This document shows positions 23,915 through 35,844 of a DNA stretch of 64,000 nt, in pieces (the stretch's first letter is position 1; each line of letters starts with the position of its first letter). The DNA comes from Carcharhinus longimanus. Taxonomy: Eukaryota. Made by a program: the position numbers and the translations under genes. The notes below the pieces were generated by a model. That model saw nothing but the letters and a program-made list of their open reading frames with translations, had not been told where the DNA came from and ran no database searches. The stretch is taken from assembly GCA_030264375.1 (NCBI GenBank), contig JASCQW010000099.1, positions 46,051,067-46,115,066 of the forward strand, in the 5' to 3' direction.

Positions 23915-25375
23915 AACATAGAAACATAGAAGATAGGAGCAGGTGGAGGACATTTGGCCCTTCAAGCCTGCTCTGCCATTCATTACAATCATGGCTAATC
24001 ATCCAATTCAATAGACTAATCCTGCTTTTTCCCCATAACCTTTGATCCCATTTGCCCCAAGTATAAGATCCAGCCACCTCTTGAATAAATTCAATGTTTT
24101 GGTATCGTCTACTTCCTTGGTAATGAATTCGACAGGCTCACCCCTCTTTGGGTGAAAAAATGTCTCCTCACCTCCATTCTAAATGATCTACCCTGAATCT
24201 TCAGACTTTGACCCCTGGTTCTGGACTCTCCCACCATTGGGAATATCTTCCCTGCATCTACCCTGTCTAGTCTGTTAGAATTTTATAAGTCTCAATGAGA
24301 TTCCCCTTCATTCATTTGAACACCAGTGAAAACAATTCTAACACCACCACCTGCAATTCCCCTCCAAGCCACTCACTATCCTAACTTGGAAATATATGGC
24401 CACTCCTTCGCAGTCGCTGGGTCAAAAATCCTGGAACTCCCTCTCGAACAGCATTGTGGGTCAACCCATGGAACATGGATTGCAGCAATTCAAGAAAGCA
24501 GCTCATCATCAGCTTCTCAAGGGCAACTAGGGATGAGCAATAAAGTGCTGGCGCGACGGCCATATCCCAGGAATGAATTTTAAAAAACCTAGTCAATCTC
24601 TGCTCATACATCAGTCCCACATCCCCAGAATCATCCTGGCAAATCATTGCTGCATTCCCTTGAGAGCAAGAACTTTCTACCTCAGAAAAGGAGACCAAAA
24701 CTACACACAGTACTCAAGATGTGGCCTCACCAAGGCCTTGTATAATTGCAAAAACACATCCTTGCTCCTATACTCGAATCCTCTCGTAATGAATAGTGAA
24801 TAACCTCACACTTATCCAAATTATACTGCATCTGCCATTGATTAGCCCACTCACCCAACCTGTCCAGGTCATTATGAAGAATCTTTGCATCCTCGTCATG
24901 GTTCACCCAACTTGGTATCATCTGTAACATCTTTGTGATGTTATGTTTTATTCCCTCATCCAAAACATTAATATATATTGTGAATAGCTGGGTCCCAGCA
25001 CCAAGCCCTGTGGCACTTCACTAGTCACTGCCTGCCAGTTTGAAAAACACTCAGCAATTCCTACTCTTTGTTTCCTCTCTGCCAACCAATTTTCTACCCA
25101 TCTCAATACTCTTCCTCCAATGCCATGCGCTTTAATCTTGCACAATAATCTCTTGTGCAGGACTTTGTCAAACAGTTTCTGAAAGTCCAAATACACCACA
25201 TCAACTGACTCCCCCTTTTCAACTCTACTAGTTAGATCGTCAAAGAATTCCAACAGATTTGTCAAGCATGTGTTTCCCTTCATAAATCCATGCTGATTCT
25301 TTCCGACCTGCCACTGCTTTCTAAATGCTCTACTATAAAGTCCTTGAGAATGGATTTGAGAATTTTCTCCACTAC
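23915..25375 (-). mobile_element. HER1/CR1 LINE ORF2 3' fragment with internal deletion
   Basis: ORFs 24948-25283 (CLTNLLEFFDD..VDVVYLDFQK.FDKV.H..VTSEVPQGLVLGP) and 24727-24963 (DLDRLGEWANQWQMQYNLDKCEVIH). An AACATAGA repeat tail lies at 23915. Confidence 0.92.
24340..24587 (+). mobile_element. CR1-like LINE 3' end nested in the HER1 copy
   Basis: ACACCACCACCTGC..CTGGAACTCCCT..CAAGGGCAACTAGGGATGAGCAATAAA and an A-rich end. Same family as 9070-10070. Confidence 0.8.
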
Positions 25376-25577
25376 TATTAGATGTGACTCTTCATTATAA
25401 TTGCCCAAAGTTTATAATGATAGTTTCATTAGCTTGTGTAATCTTTTAATAATTTACTGTTGAGGTGAAGCCAATTGAATCGTAAGTTACAACTTAAAAA
25501 AATTTCTGTAATTAAAAATAAAACATGAATTAGTAAAATCAAAATAATGCACTGGCAGCAATAAAAGTGAATACATG

Positions 25578-26115
25578 GTAGTGGCACGGTAGCACAGTGG
25601 TTAGCACTGCTGCTTCACAGCTCCAGGGACCTGGATTCAATTCCCGGCTCGGGTCACTATCTGTGTGGAGTTTGCACAGTCTCCTCGTGTCTGCATGGGT
25701 TTCCTCTGGGTACTCTGGTTTCCTCCCACAGTCCAAAGATGTGTGGGTTAGGTTGANNNNNNNNNNNNNNNNNNNNNNNNNNNNNNNNNNNNNNNNNNNN
25801 NNNNNNNNNNNNNNNNNNNNNNNNNNNNNNNNNNNNNNNNNNNNNNNNNNNNNNNNGGGAGACTGCACATTCTCCCCGTGTCTGCGTGGGTTTCCTCTGG
25901 ATGCTCTGGTTTCCTCTGACAGGCATGCTGGTTTGGGGCATTGGGCCAGGCTAAATTGCCCCTTAGTGTCTCAAGACGGGTGTATTAGGGAGATTAGTGA
26001 GATAAATGCCTTTAGTTACGGGAATAAGGCAAAGTGGGGGGTCAGATGCTCTGTCAGGGTTGGTGCAGACTCGATGGGCCGAATAGCCTCCTTTTACATT
26101 GTAGGGGTTCTATGA
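25578..26115 (+). mobile_element. Two HE1 SINE pieces either side of a gap
   Basis: A young head plus V-domain at 25578-25756, then a second, more diverged V-domain plus HER1-type tail at 25857-26115. Confidence 0.88.
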
Positions 26116-26543
26116 TTGACGGACAGTGAGCAAAGCAAATGCCCACTGACTTGGGCAGAACCCAAAGATCCCATGCCAGCCAATGGCGAACCGCCTCTTC
26201 TGTTGGAAAACACGCCACGATGGAGGGTCAGGGAACCCCTTGGCCTGATTGTAAATCAGCTGGGTAACAGTGTTCAGTTGGTGGAGCCCCTATTGCTAAT
26301 TCCCCCTTACCATGTGACCCAGATCACCTCGTCTCTCTCAGTGAAGGGGACCTTCCTCTCCTTGTGGCTCCTTAGCCCCAGGAGTGTTGTCTCTAACAAT
26401 GGTCTCCAGCAATGATATGCCTGCTCAATTCTTTAGCCAACACGGCCCTTGAACCCACCGCAATATGAGTTGCAAGTCTTGGTCTTCTGCCTCTTGCTGC
26501 TGCTCTCATTCTCTCCCCACTCCTCGTGGCGTAAGGCCTTCTT

Positions 26544-26884
26544 CAGCCCACACTCCAGGTCCTAGGCCCCACTCTCAGCCAGCCCAGGTCCTAGGCCCCA
26601 CCCTCAGCCAGCCCAGGTCCTAGGCCCCACTGTCAGCCAGCCCAGGTCCTAGGCCCCACTCTCAGCCCACGCTCTAGGTCCTAGGCCCTACTCTCAGCCC
26701 ACACTCCAGGTCCTAGGCCCCACTCCCAGCCAGCCCAGGTCCTAGGCCCCACACTCAGCCAGCCCAGGTCCTAGGCCCCACTCTCAGCCAGCCTAAGTCC
26801 TAGGCCCCACTCTCAGCCAGCCTAAGTCCTAGGCCCCACTCACAGCCAGCCCGGGTCCTAGGCCCCACTCTCAGCCAGCCCAGG
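26544..26884. repeat. GC-rich minisatellite, about 11.5 units of 29 or 32 bp
   Basis: Unit CAGCCAGCCCAGGTCCTAGGCCCCACTCT. CCTAGG recurs at 26561, 26590, 26619, 26648, 26680, 26712, 26741, 26770, 26799, 26828 and 26857. Confidence 0.97.
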
Positions 26885-27604
26885 ATATCTTCCCTTGTTC
26901 TGAGGGAGGACCCGCAACAAGAACTGTGTCCCCTGCCAGCTGATGGGGACCCAGTGCCCCACAGGGAATAAATACCCTGCAGTGGGCTGAGCCTGGCATC
27001 TGACCTCACCCCAATTTAGAACTCAGAAGCTGGCATCCTGGTTTCTCCCCCACCAGCACCAACGCTCACGCACCACCTCTTTCCCCCACCCCACCACTAT
27101 GTTCCATGCTGCCCTGACCTTATACAAAGCTGTCAAACCCGTTCTTGCCACCTCACACTGACCCAGAGATTGTTGCAGGGGCTGAGGTAGAGCCCCAGAC
27201 ATCTGCAACCTTTCGAGTGAAAACCTATCTCCTAATTTCACTGCTAAATCTAACTCTAGTTTTACGATCTTGGAGGTTATTTTGGCTCCAGGGTGAAAAC
27301 AGAAGCTAATGAGACACGACTGTTTGAAAATCTGGTTAGAACGAACATTTTCCGTCTTAATTATTGATTACCATAATTTGAACTTGCCCGGAGGAGCAGA
27401 GCCAGGATTCTGCAGAGCTGGCTCACAAATGTTGATTAGATACAATTTTTGTGGAATCATGTTTTGCGTGGACACATTTCCAGCGAAGGAATCGCGTACT
27501 CTGTCTGGCACACAGCAAAGGGAAGCAAAATACATTTTTAAAATATTAATTTATAAGATGTGGGTGTTGCTGGCTAGACCAGCATTTATTACCCATCTCT
27601 AACT

Positions 27605-27946
27605 GGGTGGCACAGTAGCACGGTGGGTTAGCACTGCTGCTTCACAGCTCCAGGGTTCTGGGTTCGATTCCCGGCTCGGGTCACTGTCTGTGTGGAGTTT
27701 GCACATTCTCCTCGTGTCTGCGTGGGTTTCCTCCGGGTGCTCCGGTTTCCTCCCACAGTCCAAAGATGTGTGGGTTAGGTTGATTGGCCATGCTAAGAAA
27801 TTGCCCTTTAGTGTCCTGGGATGCATAGGTTAGAGGGATTAGTGAGTATAATATGTAGGGATATGGGGTAGGGACTGGGTGGGATTGTGTTTGGTGCAGA
27901 CTCAAAGGGCCGAAGGGCCTCTTTCTGCACTGTAGGGTATCTATGA
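27605..27946 (+). mobile_element. HE1 SINE, full length and young
   Basis: Complete head (B-box GGTTCGATTCC), V-domain and HER1 tail ending CTATGA, with CpGs retained. Possible imperfect target-site duplication ATCTCTAACT / ATCTCTGAAT. Confidence 0.95.
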
Positions 27947-29449
27947 TCTCTGAATATCACAAGAGCCTTCTGGAAAATGGAAAGAAAAAGTTCTTTGTTT
28001 GCAATAGTGTCAAACTGACTGCTGAATTCTCTCATCTGGGGATTAAATGCCATGGTGGGGGTGGGAATGTGGAGTGTTTTCTGCTGTGCAAGCCAATGGG
28101 AAACCATGCCAAGTCTTCTGGCTCTGACCTTATTAATGATGCAACTGGATGTTTTGTGCCATTTTCTGTGATAGCAGACCTGAATGTGCATAGTCTGCAG
28201 TCCTAACATATTGAAAAGGCACCCATCATCACTGACCCGCTATTAAAGAAAGAAAATGATCCACCTGAAAATTGTGGATCTCTGCCATCAGTCCTGAGGC
28301 TGTAAGATGGACCTCCCGAGAAAGATGATGGATGTTCGGGAACATTCTGAGGCTGGAAGATGGATCCCTTCCTAGTCATCAAATCTGGAAGATCCACCTT
28401 TAGATGCTCCCCCGCCCACTGTTGTGGGGGTCCCGGGTTGATGACACCCTCCACCCTGAACTCTGGAAGCAGCCCCAGGCATTGTTCAGGTGAATCTAGA
28501 CATCAGCATGCCACGTTATTCCAAATATGATTTGCACTGGTGTGTCATCCTGCTGGCACTGTGGAGAATCTGGCATAGGTGGTCAGACCTTCACTTGCAT
28601 CCTATTAGTGGGATGCAAATGAGTTTCATACCAGCCTCTAGCGGGTTTCTTGATCCACAATTGCGGGCATCAATGGAAGATCCCATTGTAAGCTCACACC
28701 AGCGTAATACTGATTTTTGAACATGCTTCTGAAGTTGTCCCCCCTGCCAACCATTTAATCACTCGATGGGTGCAGGGGAGAATTCAACCCTGAGTGTCTA
28801 TTTTAGCACTTAGAACAATTCCATTGCTAGACTCTAGGTACTTGTCCATCTTCTGGGCTATAATTATCTAGTTAAGTAATGGTCAGGAAAAGAGCCTGTG
28901 GCCTGTGCACATTGGGGCACTCCACCAGGATGACATCTCACTTTGTACTTCCCCACTTTGCTGCCCCCAACCCATATTTCCAGCCCCCTTGTCCCATCCC
29001 TTGTCTGTCCCATTCTTCCCTCCCAAAAGCCTAGGACTTACCTGAGCCTGGGATCCATTGCTCTTCTTCCTGGGATTTACTTGCAATACTGGCAGAATCC
29101 ACCACTGAGTTCTGGCCAGCATCCCTTCAGGGTAGGGCTTCCCCCCGCTGAGAATTGTAAGTTCCACTCTGCTTGTTTAGGCCTCCCTTCAACATGTCAT
29201 TTCTGCAGTGTGGCCCTTTTTTACGTGTGTTGCTTGAAATGCAGGAACAAACAACACATCCTCATAAAATTCAGCCCCATATGTTTTTATTTAACGTACA
29301 ATATATTTCTGTTGATAAGGCTAATGCTGCAACATCATGTAGATTTTCCCCAAATTTTATGACAACTTCTCGAAACTTCTAAATTTTCCACTGAATCCTA
29401 TGGTGCCCAACTCAGACATCTGCGCACTTTTTCTCTGATATGATTAGAA

Positions 29450-29581
29450 AAATGGGTTTTCGCAGGTGTTCGTGAACGTTACATTCAAGAAATACTATTT
29501 TTTTGTCCAATTTCAATTTGTGGTTATTTCCTTGACACTTTAATAATCTCACAAGGCTGCTTCCAATGAAGTTCTTTCAAT
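29450..29581 (+). repeat. Copy 1 of a 132-bp dispersed direct duplication
   Basis: Nearly identical to 30887-31018 (offset 1437). Confidence 0.95.
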
Positions 29582-30706
29582 AGCTTTCATTTAATGCCAA
29601 ACATCAATGTCACCATTATTTGAAGAGGAATAAAGGGTAGAGGGATGGCACTTGGGAGACCAAGTCTATTCTGTTCAGCCCCGACTAATGAACTGTAAGC
29701 AGGCATTGACAAGCCTGATCCTTAATACAATGAGGTTCATACAAATACAAGGATCACAATTGATCATAACGTTGATATCTTGAAACACCGTTTCATAAAT
29801 CTGGACAGATAAGATAACATATTACAGCATAACATACACAGTGGCTCCAGTCATTGGTGACTGCTGTTTAAATTTGTTCTGCAAAGAGCTAGGACCATGA
29901 ATGGAAAAAAACACAATACAGAGAACAGGTCAACATCAAAGGGAAACAGTATAAATGAGGAAGTATCTCCTGAAATATTAGTGCAGCTGGAGTACTGATA
30001 GCTAAGCATGCATACAATATATTCTTGACTAACTCCCTGAATTGTACCTTACGGAACATAACAGCCTACTTTATTAAATATATAAAGGCATTGACCATCT
30101 TCATTAGGTTTGTTCTCTGTTCTTCTTCCATATCACCAGTGCCCATATTTTGCTATGACGTTTGTGATGGACACATCAAGTCTCTAATGCTAATTGGAAA
30201 GTGGACACCTTACTTTTCAAAAATAAAAAGAAAACAATAAAATGAAACATCGACATTGTACTTCACAAAACGGACTCAAGCAAGTCAGGTGACCCTTGTT
30301 ATTGTTTCTGGACTTACCAAGACAAACAGATCGTGTAGCTCTGGGGGATTACTTAAAATGCAAATAAATTTCCAAGCTGTTCATTGAACATCCCTTTCAA
30401 TTTCAGTGACAGATTTTTAGAATGACAAAAGCTGCTAGATTTGCCAGCTAACATGATGAAAAGATTTCAAATAAAGCTATTAGATGATCAAAACCGGAAT
30501 GTTAAAGGGGTATTAAATATTGTGTATCAATAACATAGGCTTCAACTCATTGTGTGGACAATGGGAGATATTGATACTTCCATTAATTGAGTAAAACTGG
30601 CTGGAGAGAGAGTAATGTTTTCAACCATCATCTTAAGGAGTGTTAACAATGACCTGTTTCTTGTAACTGTTAGTAATGTTACAATTCTAAATGCCATAAT
30701 TTCTTT

Positions 30707-30746
30707 TGCGTGTGTGCGTGTGAGTGTGTGTGTGTGTGTGTGTGTG
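30707..30746. repeat. (TG)n microsatellite
   Basis: Imperfect TG run, seen directly. Confidence 0.95.
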
Positions 30747-30886
30747 TTTGAAATGTGTGTGTTTATTGTATTAACATCTTAGGTGTTGTGAAAAATAAAA
30801 GTTTATCCTTCTGATTTAAACTTACAAGGAAGCCTGTTCCTTAAGGTTACAGCACTCAAAAAAAATACACTCTTTCCCAAAAATAC

Positions 30887-31018
30887 AAATGGGTTTTTAT
30901 AGGTGTTCATGAATGTTACATTCAAGAAATACTATTTTTTTGTCCACTTTCAATTTGTGGTTATTTCCTTGACACTTTAATAATCTCACAAGGCTGCTTC
31001 CAATGAAGTTCTTTCAAT
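30887..31018 (+). repeat. Copy 2 of the 132-bp duplication
   Basis: Matches 29450-29581 with a handful of substitutions, mostly at CpG sites. Confidence 0.95.
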
Positions 31019-31989
31019 GGCTACACTCTTCTCATGAATATACTCCTTCCCAAAATGCTGTGGTGAGCCAAGAGGTGAGGAAAATGGGAACATTATCCTA
31101 TGCCTCTTTCCATTTGTAACATTGTTGTTGCTCTCCACAATCACAAAAGCATTCTCAATGCAATCAATTGAATTTATTGAGTGATGTCTGGATGATATCT
31201 GTTATCCAAATGCTCCTCTTTGTGCTGTGGAATTGTGTACGATATCGATTGACTAACATACCACTTCTAAGTATTTCTTTTAGTTGGAAGAATAACTATT
31301 CTGATCAGCTGCAAGATTTTACTTCCAGACTGCTGGGAGCCTGGTATACCATAGTTTCCTTAGTCTATGGAGGATTGTGATAGCTGACAAGGACTGTTTG
31401 CTTCCTGCTACCTCATTCCATTAGAAATTAAGAAGCTGGGGTAGAACAAAGAATCTAGCGTCACAGGTGAAGATGTTACTCAAAGCAATATCATATGTCA
31501 GAAAAACACCTAGATTTACAACTAATGGTATGAAGTCCAAAAAGAGTGAAGTCGTGTTAAACTTGGAAAGTACAGTAGTTAGGCAAACTTAATGCATTAT
31601 GTACTGTTCAGATTTCCATACTTTAAATGGACGTAGAAGCTCTGGAGAAGATTGGTGTGGAGTATAAACATCAGTATAGATCAATAATTCTGTCAATTAG
31701 CCGAGCTGTTTAAATGCCCCTATATTGCGGCTCACAGCTTATTAAATGGATTAATATTTTGAACTATTTAAGAGTTGGCACACTACATGGATCATGGATG
31801 ATCACACCCAAATTTTAACATACAGGTTGAAAACATTTAGGTTGATGGTCCACTCTGAACCAAGTCTACTCTGGAACAGCATGACAGTGCTCCAAATTCT
31901 GGAACCTTGTTGGGCAGACACCACAATGCACATTTGCAAGCTCCTCATAACCTGGTCCCCTACAATTCAGCTAGCCTCAAAACATTGGC

Positions 31990-32078
31990 TCTATTCTGTC
32001 ACCACAGATGCTGAGATTTTCCAGCATTTTCTGTTTTTGTTTCAGATTCCAGCATCCACGGTATTTTGCTTTTACTCT
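31990..32078 (+). mobile_element. Penelope-derived terminal fragment
   Basis: CCACAGATGCTG..TCCAGCATTTTCTGTTTTTGTTTCAGATTCCAGCATC, related to 11905-12090, 33230-33350 and 52915-53030. Confidence 0.6.
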
Positions 32079-33355
32079 TACAATTTGGGGTGGATTTGGT
32101 ATTCCTCAGAGCAGGCAGGCTTAAGAATTGCTGTACATTGAATTTTTGCTTCAAGTACAAATGTGTGAACAAGAAGATTTTCTTATTCATCCCATCTTTT
32201 AGGAACCCCAGTTGAAACCTGAATATTTCATGTGACAATGCCATTCAGTTCTCTATTGGTTATATATCATGTAACACAAAAATAAACTTCTTGGATAGAG
32301 TATGTTAAATCCAGCTACTGCAATAAAATGAACAAAAATATGCTGGACAAAATGGTTTGGTCCCTGTGTTAACATTTTTAAGTGCATTGTCTATATGCAA
32401 GTTTAAATTTTGCTGCAAAAGCAATGCCAATTTTTTTTGGTCCCCATAAAAGAACTCCCATCCAGAAAAGCCCCAGCATTAATAAGTTGTGACAACAATT
32501 TGTTCGAAATTTGGATTGCCACTGCAAAATGAAAAGCCTTGGCTGCTGAGAAAGTAAAAGTACTGTGACATTTCCAACATAATGGTATTTTAAACTGTAA
32601 TGTCACATTTTCGGTGCAAAATACATCACCATGTTATTTGGTTGACCAAAAGGAAATGCAGGTTGACCAACTGTTTTTGTGNNNNNNNNNNNNNNNNNNN
32701 NNNNNNNNNNNNNNNNNNNNNNNNNNNNNNNNNNNNNNNNNNNNNNNNNNNNNNNNNNNNNNNNNNNNNNNNNNNNNNNNNTGGCATGATTATACTTGAG
32801 CCATATCATTGCCCAGTTGGGAATTCGGTGCAGGAACGACAATCCAGATCCACAATGGCCATTAATGCCAGCAGCTAAGACTGTTTGATATTGTAAATAT
32901 TTTCAATGTGTGTTTTAACTTTAGTTTGTCCATTAAAAATCCATTTCAAAATTTAAAGAAAAAATCAATATTAACATCAACATTATAACATGGTGTGTCA
33001 ATTTTTAAACAAAAACCCTTAAGTTTCTGGTCCACAAAGCACAGCTTTGTAGGAGTCATGCTGGCAATGTCATGGCACCCATATCTGAAATGGGGTCCAT
33101 GATGCGACCTGGCTGTAAGGACTGGTCACTCTAGTAAATCACCCAATGGTTCAATAGTATGATAAGTTAGTTGACATAGCAGGCTTCACTGTGAGACTGA
33201 ACAACTGACAACAGACAAATACCAACATGAAGCTGAAAGGCATCAACTTGAAAAGTTAATTGTGTTTCTTGTCACAGATGCTGCCTGACCCACTTGCTAT
33301 AGCATTTTTTATTTTTTGTTTCAAATTTCCAGCAGTATTTTCATCTTGTATAGTA

Positions 33356-34040
33356 GGATTCCCAGGGTGCAGTCAACTGAACACAAACCATTCTTTGGGT
33401 CAAGTGTTTTAGTGGGAAGTTGTTTTACAACCTTTAAGATTACCATTCTATTTTGGTAAGGAGCTATGCCCAGGGCACCCTATTAATGCCCTTTATCCTG
33501 GTAGCATCCAAGGCACATTCATCCTGTGCCAGGCAGTTGTAGCTGTCACCTTTTGAATCATTACAAAGAAACCAACACTGGTTGCTGAATAGCCCAGAAG
33601 ACCACTTCTATCCCTGGCTCGTGACTTCCCTCTATCACTCGACAGTGACTCGAATTTTACCACCTCACCTGGCCCATTTGAGTGGGTGTGGCTCACAGAA
33701 TGGAATTCTCCATTGTTCTCAGGTGGGATTTTATGAGCCTTGCCTGAACAAGGTCATAAAATACCGGCCTGTGTGTCTACAATGAAAGCCATGCAGCCAA
33801 CAAGAACATTGTTAAGCATATGACTGATGTCCTGAAACAATGGTTTTCTGCCTTGACTGCTCAGAGAGAACCCTCCAGTATTCATTGGACAGTTGGTGGC
33901 GGTCTGTTATCTCCTCCTGAAGGATTGTGAGCGCACAACCCTTTCAATCAAGCCTTCAGAAGACACCTTGGGAGGAGGAGAAGAAAAATGAAGGAAGCAT
34001 CTTTGGACATACTTGTTCTGAGCAGGCCTCTGTGAGCACA
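33356..34040 (+). pseudogene. Decayed PIF/Harbinger transposase (HARBI1 / DDE_Tnp_4-like)
   Basis: Manual translation gives ordered motifs: GFP..GAVN*TQ (GFPxVxGAIDCTH), INALYPGSIQGTFIL (ARYPGSxHDAFIL), WLL, PWLVTSL, YNESHAANKNIVKH..VLKQWF and CLDCSERTLQYS. Stops and frameshifts are present. Confidence 0.8.
33647..33769. mobile_element. MITE nested in the Harbinger transposase
   Basis: It interrupts the frame between the PWLxTP and YNxxH motifs. Termini GACTCGAATTTTAC / ATAAAATACCGGCC. Confidence 0.6.
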
Positions 34041-34718
34041 TATTCAGACTCTTGTTTCTCTGAAATGCCACTCCCAAATCACGGTTGCTCAAAATTCCCC
34101 GCTGTCCAATCCATCCATCATGTACTATCACAGTACTCTTGGTCAAAATCCTGAAATGAAAGCACCAACAAAAACCATCCTATAGTAGCTTTATCCAACA
34201 TTACTTCCAATAATGTATACAAAATTGAACTATTTACTCTAGTGCATTCCCTCAGTGTCTGTCTTGCAGGTGTCTTTGCCTGTCTTGGTGCTCCTGTGCA
34301 GTGCTGCACAATCCCTGCTGGATGACCTTCACTGGGACAGAATCTTGCAGAACAGTGTCGAGGAGCTTAGTGCTTTGTGGGCTCAGTTTCAGACCATTCC
34401 ATCTCAGCCTTTATGGAGACAGTCTGGGTTGCCTAATCATAAGGCAAGGGTAATTGTTGTGAAAGGATAAATGCTGCCATCTCAAAGGAGGAAGAGTTTT
34501 GTGCACTGCAGAGGCACAGGCACTTTCCGGGGGAGCCTTAGAAATCCTAGTGATCTGTTGGAGGGCAGATTGCTGGAATACTGTGGGAGGTTGCATGCCC
34601 CTTTGAGAACTGGCACTACCAGTCATGATGACAGCATTCTGAGTTTACATGGCACCAAGCCAGGCTTGCATGGCATTAGGCATGGATTGTGTGACTTCAG
34701 TCTATGCTTCCAATGAAG

Positions 34719-35025
34719 CACAGTAAAAAGTCTGACAACACCAGGTTTTAGTCCAACCTATTTATTTGATAATATTCTCACTAAAACCTGGTGTTGTCNN
34801 NNNNNNNNNNNNNNNNNNNNNNNNNNNNNNNNNNNNNNNNNNNNNNNNNNNNNNNNNNNNNNNNNNNNNNNNNNNNNNNNNNNNNNNNNNNNNNNNNNNN
34901 NNNNNNNNNNNNNNNNNNNNNNNNNNNNNNNNNNNNNNNNNNNNNNNNNNNNNNNNNNNNNNNNNNNNNNNNNNNNNNNNNNNNNNNNNNNNNNNNNNNT
35001 GTCCAACGCCAGCATCTCCACATCA
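34719..35025. mobile_element. Penelope-derived inverted-repeat element, partly in a gap
   Basis: GACAACACCAGGTTTTAGT / ACTAAAACCTGGTGTTGTC is a perfect inversion. GTCCAACGCCAGCATCTCCACATCA follows the gap. Same family as 39530-39791. Confidence 0.75.
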
Positions 35026-35669
35026 CAAAATAATTTTTTGGCAGGCCTGCCAATCCACCCAATATGTCAGTACACATTTCAATCAGCATTCTCCTATACA
35101 CTGCCCCGTCATTGCCTCATCAGAAGCCTCTGCAACAGGACTTGTCCATAATCTTGCCCTCAGATGAGCTGGCACACAAACTCTCTTTTAACCCAGCTTG
35201 CATGCAGCCCGCTCATGTCCACTGACCTGCCCACGTGTTATTATTCTCAAAGATGTACACAGCGCCAGTTCCTGAGCTGATTATCATGAATACCTGGTTT
35301 GTTATAAACTTGGCACTGAACTTCACATAAAGCTTGGAGCTCAGTGTTTCTTCATTAGTGGTATGGTACAGCTCTTACCCTTCATACTGAGGCTGCAGTG
35401 ACAGCCCTTGGGTATCTCTAAAAAGACAATTAAAAGGAGGACGTTAGGCAGGGTGGGGTGGAAAGCGAGAGGTCAATGGTCACACCATCTGCAGCTTGCA
35501 CTGCATGTTAGTTAGCAGGATAACTCGAAGTGGGAGTTAAGAAGAGGCACCAAACAGGCACATACTGTCATCCCAAGCATTCTCTGTGCTGCTGGATGCA
35601 ATGGCCTCAATTTTCTTGCCTCCTGAGAGCTCAGTCAATGCAGGCAAGCTGTCCCTTGTCAATTCTCTG

Positions 35670-35844
35670 TTGCTGTGGGAATTGACCTCTCTGGTCACCT
35701 GGTCGCATTCCCTTTTCCGAATGTGCCTTGGGGGCCTCCTGGCCACCGGTGGAAACACAGCTTCTCCCTTCCACTTGCATCACTTAAAGCCTGTAGTGTC
35801 GCATCCAAAATCCTGTGAGATCCCTCTCAGGCCCCTTGCTCCAT
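35670..35844 (-). pseudogene. Decayed Harbinger ORF2 (Myb/SANT-like DNA-binding protein N-terminus)
   Basis: From the ATG at 35844: MEQGA*EGSHRILDATLQAL, frameshift, then FPPVARRPPRHIRKRECDQVTREVNSHS. This resembles RAPRFSDAALEAL..VLFP..RR.W..VA.EVN. It is convergent with the transposase. Confidence 0.6.

Noticed and set aside
24727-25283. Reverse transcriptase ORFs as a functional gene
   Set aside because: A frameshifted, internally deleted, 5'-truncated CR1/HER1 copy.
26544-26884. Regular 29-32 bp periodicity resembling a CRISPR array
   Set aside because: There are no unique spacers, the units are contiguous, no cas genes are present and the context is eukaryotic; it is a minisatellite.
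27605-27680. tRNA-like A and B boxes (also at 5410, 17490 and 25578)
   Set aside because: These are SINE heads that continue into SINE bodies; no complete tRNA cloverleaf.
25539-27905. Recurrent peptides such as LDCGRKPEHPEETHADT in several ORFs
   Set aside because: Translations of the HE1 SINE V-domain, not a protein family.
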